Source of the DNA: Anaeromyxobacteraceae bacterium
GTDB taxonomy: Bacteria; Myxococcota; Myxococcia; Myxococcales; Anaeromyxobacteraceae
Direction: 5' to 3'
Assembly: GCA_047602405.1 (NCBI GenBank)
Contig: JASGHJ010000001.1
Location: 2,048,001 to 2,112,000 of the forward strand
Length of the DNA stretch: 64,000 nt
Made by a program: the position numbers and the translations under genes. Shown here piece after piece: positions 10,989-19,314 of the stretch; the stretch's first letter is position 1; every line of letters starts with the position of its first letter. Under the pieces are notes generated by a model that saw only the letters and a list, made by a program, of their open reading frames with translations, was not told where the DNA came from and ran no database searches.

Positions 10989-11537
10989 TCAGGCCCTCGC
11001 CGGGTTGAGCTTCACCGCGTGGAGGACGACGCGGCGCCAGCCGGCGCCCTGCCGCCACCGGACCACCACCGCGATCTGCACCGCGTCGTTCGTGCCGTCG
11101 CCGTTCGTGTCGCTGTAGAGCACGTTCCAGTAGCGCTCGTAGACGCCGTTCAGGGCCGCGGTGGGGAGGCCGTACCAGCCGGTGCCGAGGGCGTCGAGGT
11201 CGTCCTCGCCGTGATCGGCGAGGCCGGTGCCGACCGGATCGGCCACGCGCTCGAACTGCTGGGCGAGGTCGCCGATGTCGGTCGAGTTCGAGGTGGAGAC
11301 CTTCTGGAGCGGGCCGCCCTCGTCGTAGTTCCAGGCCTCGATGTTGCCGACGAGGTCCTGGGCGATGGCGGTGGCGCGCGTGACGCGCAGCGCGTCGCCG
11401 TTCATCGTGACGCCCATGTTGTGCAGGCCCATGAGCCCGAGCGCGCCCACGAGCATGACCCCCATCGCGATCATGTTCTCGATGAGCGTGAAGCCGCGCG
11501 GGGTGGACGTCGCCTTCCTGTCGTCGCTCTTCGCCAC
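10989..11537 (-). CDS. pilV: Minor pilin PilV-like
   Basis: GTG 11537 after AGGAG; RG|FTLIENMIAMGVMLVGALGL; C-terminal YERYWNV...IAVVVRW. Confidence 0.8.
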   Translation of the reverse strand: MAKSDDRKATSTPRGFTLIENMIAMGVMLVGALGLMGLHNMGVTMNGDALRVTRATAIAQDLVGNIEAWNYDEGGPLQKVSTSNSTDIGDLAQQFERVADPVGTGLADHGEDDLDALGTGWYGLPTAALNGVYERYWNVLYSDTNGDGTNDAVQIAVVVRWRQGAGWRRVVLHAVKLNPARA

Positions 11538-11545
11538 GTGCGCTC

Positions 11546-12196
11546 CTATTTCTTGAACGACATGACCGCGCCCGCGGGCGTGGTCACGACCACCGACAGC
11601 ACCGAGCCGAGGTCCGCGTGGGTGAGGCTCACGCTCGCGCCGCCCTGCACGGCGACGGGCCCCGCGGTGTCGTAGAAGGTCGGGAAGCCGCGGGCGTCGT
11701 ACCGGATCGCGCCGCGGTGGTCGCCGCCGGTCTCGCAGAAGCTGCAGGACCGGTTCACGACGATCGTGGCGAGCGGCGGCTGCAGCGTGGTGCCGAGCCC
11801 GGTCGACGGGCCGAAGGTCACGCCGCGCGGCAGGTCGAGCGTGCCGAGGATCTCGCTCTGCCCGGTGAGCGGCTGCGCGACGGGGTCGTAGGCGGCGAAC
11901 GTCGACCCGAGCGCGCCCACGAAGAGGTCGAACGCGCGGTCCTGGTACACGATCACGCGCCCCGCCGAGTCGGACGTCGCCTGGTCGGGGAAGAACATCA
12001 CCACCACGTCGTCGCCGGACGCGAGCGCGGTCTGCCGGGCGAGGTGCAGGAGCGCCTGGAGCTCGCCCGACGCCGAGTCGTAGTTCGCGCGGGGACGCAG
12101 CCGCTGCAGCCCCGTGTACGCGAGCGTCGTCAGGACGGCGATGATCCCGAGCACGACGGCCATCTCGATGAGCGTGAAGCCTCGGGTTCGTCTCAC
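11546..12196 (-). CDS. fimU: Minor pilin FimU/FimT-like
   Basis: GTG 12196 after GGAGGGG; RG|FTLIEMAVVLGIIAVL; LHLARQTAL; IRYDARG; first gene of the operon. Confidence 0.8.
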   Translation of the reverse strand: MRRTRGFTLIEMAVVLGIIAVLTTLAYTGLQRLRPRANYDSASGELQALLHLARQTALASGDDVVVMFFPDQATSDSAGRVIVYQDRAFDLFVGALGSTFAAYDPVAQPLTGQSEILGTLDLPRGVTFGPSTGLGTTLQPPLATIVVNRSCSFCETGGDHRGAIRYDARGFPTFYDTAGPVAVQGGASVSLTHADLGSVLSVVVTTPAGAVMSFKK

Positions 12197-12222
12197 GGTG
12201 TTCCCCTCCGCGGGCCTTGCGT

Positions 12223-12238
12223 CGCAAGCCGCGTGCCC
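12223..12238 (-). promoter_or_regulatory. Sigma54 -24/-12 promoter of the fimU-pilY1 operon
   Basis: Minus strand GGGCACGCGGCTTGCG = GG-N10-GC, near the TGGCACG-N4-TTGC consensus, ~28 nt upstream of the fimU start. Confidence 0.75.
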
Positions 12239-12364
12239 CGCCCGGACGGGCGGAATCCCGAGTCGAATCGCGGACCTGGCTCCCTCGGTGACGCTCCTCG
12301 GCCGACAATCCTTGGCTGGATTCTCCAAAGATTCTCGGTGGGTGCGGGGCGCACACCCCTCAGC

Positions 12365-13141
12365 TCAGGGCGCCTTCACGCCGACGTACAGGACCGAGGT
12401 CCCGACGGGCGGCGCCCGGAGCGCGCGCGTCTCGAGGCGCATGAGCCCCGCGAGCGCCGCGTTGACCGCCGGGTGCGGCGGCACGAAGCCCCGCTCGATC
12501 GTGCGCGGCCCGCCGCCGGCGAGCACCGCCTTGCGCACCCACAGGAGCGGCACGAGCGAGAGCCCCCAGTACCGGATCACCCGCTCCTCGACGCCCTGGC
12601 CGGCGAGCTCCGCGGACAGCGTGCGGGTCGTGTAGCGGCGCAGGTGCCCCGCGGCCCGGTCGTACGCGCTCATCAGCGAGGGGAGCGCGGGCACGTTCAC
12701 GAGGAGGAGCCCGCCCGGCCGGACGTGCCGGAGCGTCGCGCGCAAAATCCGGCCGGGATCGGGGAGGTGCTCGAGCACGTCGAAGAGCACCGCGCCGTCG
12801 TAGCGGCCGAGGAGCTCGGGCCGCTCCTCCGTGACGTCGTAGTAGAAGGTCCGGCCGCGCCGCGGCGCGCAGCGCTCGAGCGCGGGCAGGTTGAGGTCGG
12901 TGCCGTCGACCCTCCAGCCGCGCGCCGCCTCGAGCTGGGCCGCGAGCACGCCCGACCCGCAGCCCACGTCGAGCAGGGTGAGCGGCCCGCCGGGCAGCGG
13001 CCCCGCGTCGGCGAGCGCGCGCTCGAGCGCGGCGAGGCGCCAGCGGAACCAGAAGTGCGAGGCCGCCGAGGCGTCGTACCACTCGTCCGGGAAGTCCTGC
13101 CCCCGGACGACCGAGAGGAGCTCCACCGGCGCGCCGCTCAC
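12365..13141 (-). CDS. Class I SAM-dependent methyltransferase
   Basis: GTG 13141 overlaps the GT2 stop (GTGA); HFWFRWR, LLDVGCGSG, FDVLEHL, GHLRRYT, a type often found in glycan clusters. Confidence 0.85.
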   Translation of the reverse strand: MSGAPVELLSVVRGQDFPDEWYDASAASHFWFRWRLAALERALADAGPLPGGPLTLLDVGCGSGVLAAQLEAARGWRVDGTDLNLPALERCAPRRGRTFYYDVTEERPELLGRYDGAVLFDVLEHLPDPGRILRATLRHVRPGGLLLVNVPALPSLMSAYDRAAGHLRRYTTRTLSAELAGQGVEERVIRYWGLSLVPLLWVRKAVLAGGGPRTIERGFVPPHPAVNAALAGLMRLETRALRAPPVGTSVLYVGVKAP

Positions 13142-14125
13142 GGCTTCCCCCCGGCGGCCGGCCGATCCACCACCTCGAGGAGCAGGTACGGCGGGCGCCC
13201 CTTCACCTCGAGGTAGGTGCGCGCGACGTAGGCCCCGAGGATGTAGAGGCAGAAGGCCTGGACCGCGTTGCCGGTCGCGATGAGCACGTAGGTGAGGAGG
13301 AACGGACGCGGGATGGCCTCGGAGAACGCGCCGCCGAGGAGCATGCCGAGGAAGGCGAGCGTCATGAACCCGAACACGAAGCTGCCGAGCTGGGCCGCCT
13401 GCAGGGGGCGGGTGCTCATCGAGGCGATGCCGTCGGTCGCGAGCCGGTAGAGCTGGCGCCAGGCGTACTTCGTCGACCCGGCCTGGCGCTCCGGGCGATC
13501 GTACTCGAGGGGCTCCTGGCGGAAGCCGACCCACGCGCGCAGGCCGCGCTGGAACCGCAGCCGCTCGGGCAGCGCGCGGAGCGCCTCGAGCACGCGCCGG
13601 TCCATCAGGCCGAAGTCGCCGGTGTCGAGCGGCAGCGCGATCTCCGACAGGAAGGCGACGAGCCGGTAGAAGCCCCAGTACGCGAGCCGCTTCAGCGGAT
13701 TGCCCTTCCTCTTGCGGCGGCGGCCGTACACGACGTCGGCGCCCGCGCGCCAGCGGCCCACCATCTCGAGCACGAGCTCGGGCGGATCCTGGAGGTCCGC
13801 GTCGAGGATGGCGATCACGTCGGCGTCGGCGTGGTCCAGCCCGGCGCACACCGCCGCCTGGTGGCCGAAGTTGCGCGAGAAGCGCAGCAGGCGCGCGTCG
13901 AGCCCCGCCCGGATCCGCGCCGAGACGAGCTCGGCGGTCCGGTCGCGGCTGCCGTCGTCCACGAACAGGAGCCGCACCCGGCCGATGCCGTGCGCGGCGC
14001 ACGCCTCGGGCGAGAAGGTGGAGGCGAGCCGATTCGAGCAGGAGCCCCAGCACCTCCTCCTCGTTGAAGACCGGGAGCACGAGCTCGAGGACGGCGGGGC
14101 GCGGGCGGGTGAGGGCGGTGGTCAC
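13138..14125 (-). CDS. GT2 GtrB/DPM1-like polyprenol-phosphate glycosyltransferase; apparent +1 frameshift at ~14032
   Basis: LVLPVFNEEEVL in one frame, then FVDDGSRDRT, FSRNFGHQAA, LDADLQDPPE, DTGDFGLMD and two C-terminal TM helices in another. Removing one base of GAATC joins them (LLDRLAST). Confidence 0.88.
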
Positions 14126-16017
14126 GGCGTACCTCCGGTGGCCGGGGCGGGCGGCTGGCCCCGGCCGCCGTCGAGCTCCTGGACGAGCTGGGCCGCGGCC
14201 GGGCGGCCGGGCTCCTTCGCGAGCGCCGCGCGGGCCTTCTCGAGCGCCTCCGCGGTCCGGCCGACGCGGGCGAGCACCACGGCGTGCAGCTCGAGGAGGC
14301 GGGCGGAGTCGAGCGTGCGCGCGGCCGCCTCGACGTGGCGGAGCGCCTCGCCGGGCTCGCCGGAGAGGAGCAGGGCCCGCGCGAGGTGGGCCTCGACCTG
14401 GGGGTCACCCGGCGCGAGCGCGAGCGAGACCTCGAGGTGGAGCGCCGCGAGCGCGTACTCCTCGCGCGCGGCGTACACCTGGCCGAGGCGGGCGTAGTTG
14501 ACCACGGCCGCCTCCCGGACGATGCCGGGCGGCAGCGCGGTGGCCCAGGTGAGGTACGCCGCCGTGCCGAGCGCCGCCGCGCCGAGCGCCACCGCCCGGC
14601 GCGCGCGCGCCCAGGCCAGCAGCCGCACGAGCCCGGCGCCCGCGAGCGGCAGGAGCGCCGTGGTGAGCGGGGCGCGGTAGCGCGAGAGCGCCGAGGAGAG
14701 CACGATCGACGCGAGCGTGCCCGCCACGGCGACGCCGAGCGGCCAGGCGCGCCGGGCGGCGTCGCGCCCGGCGAGGCCCACGGCCGCGAGCGGCGCGATC
14801 ACCGCGAAGGTGGCGGGCAGGAGGCGCAGCGCGGGCGCGCCGCGCATGAACACGTTCACGTCGACGTTGTTCGAGCCCTCGAAACCGTGGAACGCGTAGA
14901 GGAGCTTCGAGAGCTCGAGCGTGACGAGCGAGCCGAGGGACGGGTGGGTGCGCGCGGCCGCGAGGAGGCCCGCGAGCGGCCGCCCGTCGCCTGCCACGAT
15001 GACCGGGCCGATGAGGTCGGGGAGCGCGAGGCCGAACGGCGGGGCGCCCACCACGTGGTAGATCGGCAGCATCGCCGCCGCCGAGCCGTTGAGCGCGAGC
15101 GGCGGGACGCCCACGGCGAGGTTGCGCAGCACGACCGGGGCGAGGCCGGCCGCGACGCCGCCCGCGACCAGCGCCGCGGCCCGCAGGCGCCCGGCGGGCG
15201 CCGGCCGCGCGGAGGCGAGCCGCCACAGCCCCATCAGCACGGGGAAGGCGAGGAACGAGGTCTTGAGGAGCGCGGCCGCGCCGAACGCCACGCCGAGGCC
15301 GAACCAGCGCCGCGCGCCGCCGCGCGCGACGGCCTCGTGCATCGCGAGCGCGAGCGCGAGCGTCACCACCGCCGCCGGCCCGTCGCGGAGCAGCGTGAGC
15401 TCGTACAGAAGCGGGAACGGCGCCAGGATCGCGAGGAGGCCGGCCGCGAGGCCGGCGCTCTCCGAGAAGAGGCGGCGGCCGAGCGCCGCGGCGAGGAGCA
15501 CGCCCGCCACGCCGAGCAGGAGCTGCAAGGCGAAGACCGCCCAGACCTGCGGCCCCGCGAGCGCGTAGGTGAGCCCGACGAGGTAGGGGTAGGCCGGCTC
15601 CTGGTAGAAGGTCGCCCCCCCGAGCCAGCGATCCCAGAGGCGGGCGGAGAGCGCGCTCCGGGAGAGCCCGGCGGCCGGGAGCTCCAGGCGCTCGGGTAGG
15701 CCCGGATCGGCCTCGAGCGCCCGCTCCGCGACCCGATCCATCCAGCTCGCCATGGGGTGCCAGGGCCCGCGCTGGAGGAGGTCTCCCCCCGCGACGCGCT
15801 TGCCCCACGCGTCGAAGAAGAAGCTGTCGCTGTCCCGGACGACCTCGTGGTTGCGGGGGAGCGGGGAGCCGGCGGCCTGCGCCGCGACGACGAGGCGCAC
15901 GGCGACGGCGAGCCCCGCGAGGGCGAGCGTCACCCGCCCGCGCCGCGCGGCGAGCCAGGCCTCGGCGGCGGGATCGGCGAGGTCCACCTTCGGGGTCGTG
16001 TCCGGTCGATCGTTCAA
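14122..16017 (-). CDS. Polytopic GT-C-fold (PMT/ArnT-like) glycosyltransferase with C-terminal TPR repeats
   Basis: Acidic DSDSFFFDAW loop after TM1, FYQEPAYPYL, many TM segments, RYRAP, TPR-like tail; TTG start overlaps the OST stop. Confidence 0.7.
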   Translation of the reverse strand: MNDRPDTTPKVDLADPAAEAWLAARRGRVTLALAGLAVAVRLVVAAQAAGSPLPRNHEVVRDSDSFFFDAWGKRVAGGDLLQRGPWHPMASWMDRVAERALEADPGLPERLELPAAGLSRSALSARLWDRWLGGATFYQEPAYPYLVGLTYALAGPQVWAVFALQLLLGVAGVLLAAALGRRLFSESAGLAAGLLAILAPFPLLYELTLLRDGPAAVVTLALALAMHEAVARGGARRWFGLGVAFGAAALLKTSFLAFPVLMGLWRLASARPAPAGRLRAAALVAGGVAAGLAPVVLRNLAVGVPPLALNGSAAAMLPIYHVVGAPPFGLALPDLIGPVIVAGDGRPLAGLLAAARTHPSLGSLVTLELSKLLYAFHGFEGSNNVDVNVFMRGAPALRLLPATFAVIAPLAAVGLAGRDAARRAWPLGVAVAGTLASIVLSSALSRYRAPLTTALLPLAGAGLVRLLAWARARRAVALGAAALGTAAYLTWATALPPGIVREAAVVNYARLGQVYAAREEYALAALHLEVSLALAPGDPQVEAHLARALLLSGEPGEALRHVEAAARTLDSARLLELHAVVLARVGRTAEALEKARAALAKEPGRPAAAQLVQELDGGRGQPPAPATGGTP

Positions 16018-18254
16018 CGTTCACCTGCCCCGAGCGTACCCGCGTCCACCTCGGCGCCCGCCCGGACGTCCGCCTCCGTGATGGAGAGCTCGCGGGCGGG
16101 GCCTTCCCCGGCCCGGAGCCGGCCGGGGCCGGTGCTCACCGCGCCCGCCGAGGAGGTCGCGAGCGGCACCCGCAGCGAGAACCCACCGTCCGCCCCCGCG
16201 TCGGCGAAGGCCGCCCAGAGGTGCCGCCGTCCGTGCTCGCCGAGCTCGATCTCGAGGACCACCCGCGCGCCCGGCGCGGCCCGGCCGTGCACGCGCGCGC
16301 CCGCCACGACCTCGTAGGTCCAGAGCACCGGCAGGACGTCGTCGATCCCGCCCACCGTGCGCGTCGACGCGAAGACCGGGCGCAGCCGCTCGAAGTGCCT
16401 GAGGCCGATCGCCGGGTACCCCGACCCGCCGAGGAGCGCCGGCGCGGCGCCGACCTCCTGCAGCCACCGCGCGGAGATCCGCCTCGAGGCGAACGGGGCG
16501 GGCGCCGTGGCGCCCCTCACGCGGATGTGGAGGTTGGCGGGGCCGGAGATCACCCAGCCCACCCCGCGCTGCGCGAGCCAGGGCACGAGCTCGTCCTCGC
16601 CGCGCCGGAGCGCGAGCTCACCCTGGGTGTAGGCGGCGGGATCCGGGTAGGGGCCGAAGCCGTTCGTGACGACGGGCCGGTCCGCGAGCACGAGCACCTC
16701 GTTGCCGAGGTCCCAGGCCGTGAGGACGCCGGGGGCGGGGCCGGGCGGGCGGGTGCGCAGGTCGAGCGCGGCCTCGACCGAGGCGCCCGGGATCGGGTCG
16801 AGGTTCGGGCCCATCGCGAGCCGGACGCGCGGGTCGAGCGCGGCGAGGGCGAGGGCCGCGGCGGCCGGGAGCGCGGCCGCGAGGCGGGGGAGCCGCCCGA
16901 GCCGCGCGGCGAGCCAGGAGAGGGCGAGCCCGCCCGCGGCGGCGAGGAACCACGTGAACACCCGCCCGAACCGGACCTGGTGCACCGCGAGCGCGCCGAG
17001 CGCCAGGCAGGGCCAGAGGAAGGAGAGTCCGCGGGCCCGGCCGGCGGGCGCGAGCGCGAGCGCGGCGGCCCCGAGGACGAGCGGCGTCGCGAAGCCGAGC
17101 GCGCCGAGGTACTTCGTGATCCCGTAGGCGAGCGTGGGGCGCCAGATCGGCTGGAACTCGTCGATGGTCTTGAGCCACGGGTCGCCGCGCAGCAGCCACT
17201 CGCGCAGGCCGAGCACGACCTCGGCCGCGCCCGGGACGACCGGGAAGGCGAGGAGCGCGAGGGCCACGCCGCCCCCGGCGGCGAGCACCACGAGGCGCGC
17301 CCGGGGCGACGGCACGCGCGCGGCCAGGCCGACCGCGGCGCACACGGCCGCGCCCGCCGCCGCGAGGAGCAGGGGCTGCAGCCAGGAGGGGAAGCCGAAC
17401 GCGAGCGCGCCGCCCTGCGCGACGACGGCGGGGTGCGCGCCGATGGCGGCCACCGCGGGGGCGGAGGCGAGCGCGGCGAGGGCCGCGCCGCCGAGGAGCC
17501 CGGGGCCGCCGGAGCCCACGAGGCGCGGCCGCGGCGCGGCGAGCGCGGACGCGAGCAGCACGGGCAGCACGAGCGCCACGTAGAGGGGGGAGCCCGTGAA
17601 CACCGCCACCGCGCCCCCCGCGACGAGCGCCCCGGCCGCCTCGAGGGCGAGCCGCCCTCGCGCGTCGCGCTCCTCGCCGGGATCGGCCACGGCGAGCGCC
17701 CAGCGGGCGAGGAGGAGCATCGCGAGCCCCTCGGCGACGTGGTGATCGAGGATGCCGAAGCGCGAGGAGACGACGGACTGGGGGAGCACGCAGGCGAGGA
17801 TGCCCGCCGCGAGCGCCGCGCCCGCGCGGTGGGGGCGGCCGCGCGCGAGCGTCCAGACGAGCTCCATCGTCGCGGCGACGCAGGCCATCCCGAGGAGCGG
17901 GCAGAGCGCGGCCGCGAGGAGGTCGCCGCCGAGTTCCCCGGCCGCGGCGCGGCCGGCGAGCACGAGCAGCCCGCCGAGGAGGTCGAAGCCCGCCGCCCAC
18001 GGCACCGGTCCGCCCGCGGGCCAGGCGATCATCGGGTCGAGCCAGGGGACGCGCGGGAACGCGTCGGCCACCTGGTGCATGCGGTGGAGGTGATATCGGC
18101 TGTCGCCGTCGAGCAGCACGAGCTCACCGCCGTGGAAGGCCTCGACCGCGCCGATCACGCGGAACGCGACGCCGGCCGCGAGCACCGCCGCGAGGCCGGC
18201 GAGCGGCAGGATCCGCTCGCGCCGCAGCGCGCTGGAAGACGAGGTGAGGTCCAC
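16014..18254 (-). CDS. STT3/AglB/PglB-like oligosaccharyltransferase
   Basis: Ordered STT3 motifs: DGDSRYHLHR...FP..PWLDP...WPAG, G.LDHHVAE, TIDEFQP (TIXE), VLTAWDLG (WWDYG-like), RPVVTNGFG. Start uncertain (GTG 18254 chosen; ORF open to 18392). Confidence 0.8.
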   Translation of the reverse strand: MDLTSSSSALRRERILPLAGLAAVLAAGVAFRVIGAVEAFHGGELVLLDGDSRYHLHRMHQVADAFPRVPWLDPMIAWPAGGPVPWAAGFDLLGGLLVLAGRAAAGELGGDLLAAALCPLLGMACVAATMELVWTLARGRPHRAGAALAAGILACVLPQSVVSSRFGILDHHVAEGLAMLLLARWALAVADPGEERDARGRLALEAAGALVAGGAVAVFTGSPLYVALVLPVLLASALAAPRPRLVGSGGPGLLGGAALAALASAPAVAAIGAHPAVVAQGGALAFGFPSWLQPLLLAAAGAAVCAAVGLAARVPSPRARLVVLAAGGGVALALLAFPVVPGAAEVVLGLREWLLRGDPWLKTIDEFQPIWRPTLAYGITKYLGALGFATPLVLGAAALALAPAGRARGLSFLWPCLALGALAVHQVRFGRVFTWFLAAAGGLALSWLAARLGRLPRLAAALPAAAALALAALDPRVRLAMGPNLDPIPGASVEAALDLRTRPPGPAPGVLTAWDLGNEVLVLADRPVVTNGFGPYPDPAAYTQGELALRRGEDELVPWLAQRGVGWVISGPANLHIRVRGATAPAPFASRRISARWLQEVGAAPALLGGSGYPAIGLRHFERLRPVFASTRTVGGIDDVLPVLWTYEVVAGARVHGRAAPGARVVLEIELGEHGRRHLWAAFADAGADGGFSLRVPLATSSAGAVSTGPGRLRAGEGPARELSITEADVRAGAEVDAGTLGAGER

Positions 18255-18337
18255 GGTAGGTCGCACGCAAGGGAGCGGAGCGGCCCGATAATCGGGCCAC
18301 CTCCTGCCCGAGTCAAAAGAGGGACCCCCTACCCGGG

Positions 18338-18352
18338 TGACGAGAATCGTCA
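18338..18352. promoter_or_regulatory. Palindrome TGACGA-N3-TCGTCA; candidate PilR enhancer site
   Basis: Perfect 6-3-6 dyad ~90 bp upstream of the pilA sigma54 promoter. Confidence 0.45.
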
Positions 18353-18438
18353 GCGAGGCCGACCCGCATGGCCCCGCCGCGTCAGGGATCACCTCCGCCC
18401 ACGCACCCGAGTTACGGCGGGTTAGCCGGGCGGTCGGC

Positions 18439-18454
18439 TGGCATCTCCCATGCT
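18439..18454 (+). promoter_or_regulatory. Sigma54 -24/-12 promoter of pilA
   Basis: TGGCATCTCCCATGCT = GG-N10-GC, ~105 nt upstream of the pilA ATG; pilA is PilR/sigma54-dependent in Myxococcus and Pseudomonas. Confidence 0.8.
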
Positions 18455-18558
18455 ACGTGGCCCTGGCGTACCAGGCCGGGCGCGAGGTGCTGTCGCGAGC
18501 CCGGACACATCGCCGCCGGCCGCCCCGCGCGCACCCGGCCTGACACCGGAGGAAACAC

Positions 18559-19203
18559 ATGAAGAAGCTGGCCAAGGGCTTCACCCTCATCGAGCTCATG
18601 ATCGTCGTCGCCATCATCGGCATCCTCGCCGCGATCGCGATCCCGAACTTCGTCAAGTATCAGCTCCGCTCGAAGTTCTCCGAGGCGTCCTCGAACGTCG
18701 AGGGCATCCGCAAGGCGCAGGAGGCCCTCCGCCAGGGCGAGCGCAACGTCGTGTTCGCCGGCACGCCGGACGCGCAGTACGTCGCGGGCACCTACCACGC
18801 GCTCGGCTCGACTCCCTACCCCGCCACGGCCGCCACCCCGGGTACGCAGAAGGCCCCGTGGACGACGCAGGAGCTCGCGGCCGCGAGCGCGATCGACTGG
18901 CAGATCGAGGGCGCGACGTACTTCAACTACCAGGTGAGCGTCGCGAACTGCCTCACGCCGTCGGCCGTCACCAACTCGGGCATCTGCTACACGGTCGGCG
19001 CGGTCTCCGACATCGACGGCGCCGGCAGCCTCGGCGAGGTCGCGCTCGTGAAGCTCGCGCTCGACGGCACCACCCAGGCGACCGACCCCGGTAACCTGAC
19101 GGCGGCCGGCGTGGGGTTCCCCGGCACGCTCGGCAGCTGCATCATCGGCACGAACGCCGTCTACGGCACGCCGTGCACGATCACGGGCCCGGACGAGTTC
19201 TAG
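18559..19203 (+). CDS. pilA: Major type IVa pilin PilA (207-aa mature form, 4 Cys)
   Basis: [39 protein letters not shown] motif of myxobacterial long pilins. Confidence 0.95.
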   Translation: MKKLAKGFTLIELMIVVAIIGILAAIAIPNFVKYQLRSKFSEASSNVEGIRKAQEALRQGERNVVFAGTPDAQYVAGTYHALGSTPYPATAATPGTQKAPWTTQELAAASAIDWQIEGATYFNYQVSVANCLTPSAVTNSGICYTVGAVSDIDGAGSLGEVALVKLALDGTTQATDPGNLTAAGVGFPGTLGSCIIGTNAVYGTPCTITGPDEF

Positions 19204-19235
19204 TCCGTCCCCGCACCGCAGCCTGAAGCTCACCG

Positions 19236-19270
19236 GAGGGCGCCGCGGCGACGCGGCGCCCTTCGCCTTT
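19236..19270 (+). terminator. Intrinsic terminator/attenuator after pilA
   Basis: AGGGCGCCGCG-GCGA-CGCGGCGCCCT followed by TCGCCTTT. Confidence 0.7.
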
Positions 19271-19314
19271 CGCCCGTTCGACTTTTTCTGGGCTGCGGCT
19301 ATGCTCCCCTGCCG

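Noticed and set aside
18559..19203. PilA as a Geobacter-type conductive e-pilin
   Set aside because: Long 207-aa pilin; aromatics at 1, 24 and 27 are present but positions 50/51 are Leu/Arg.
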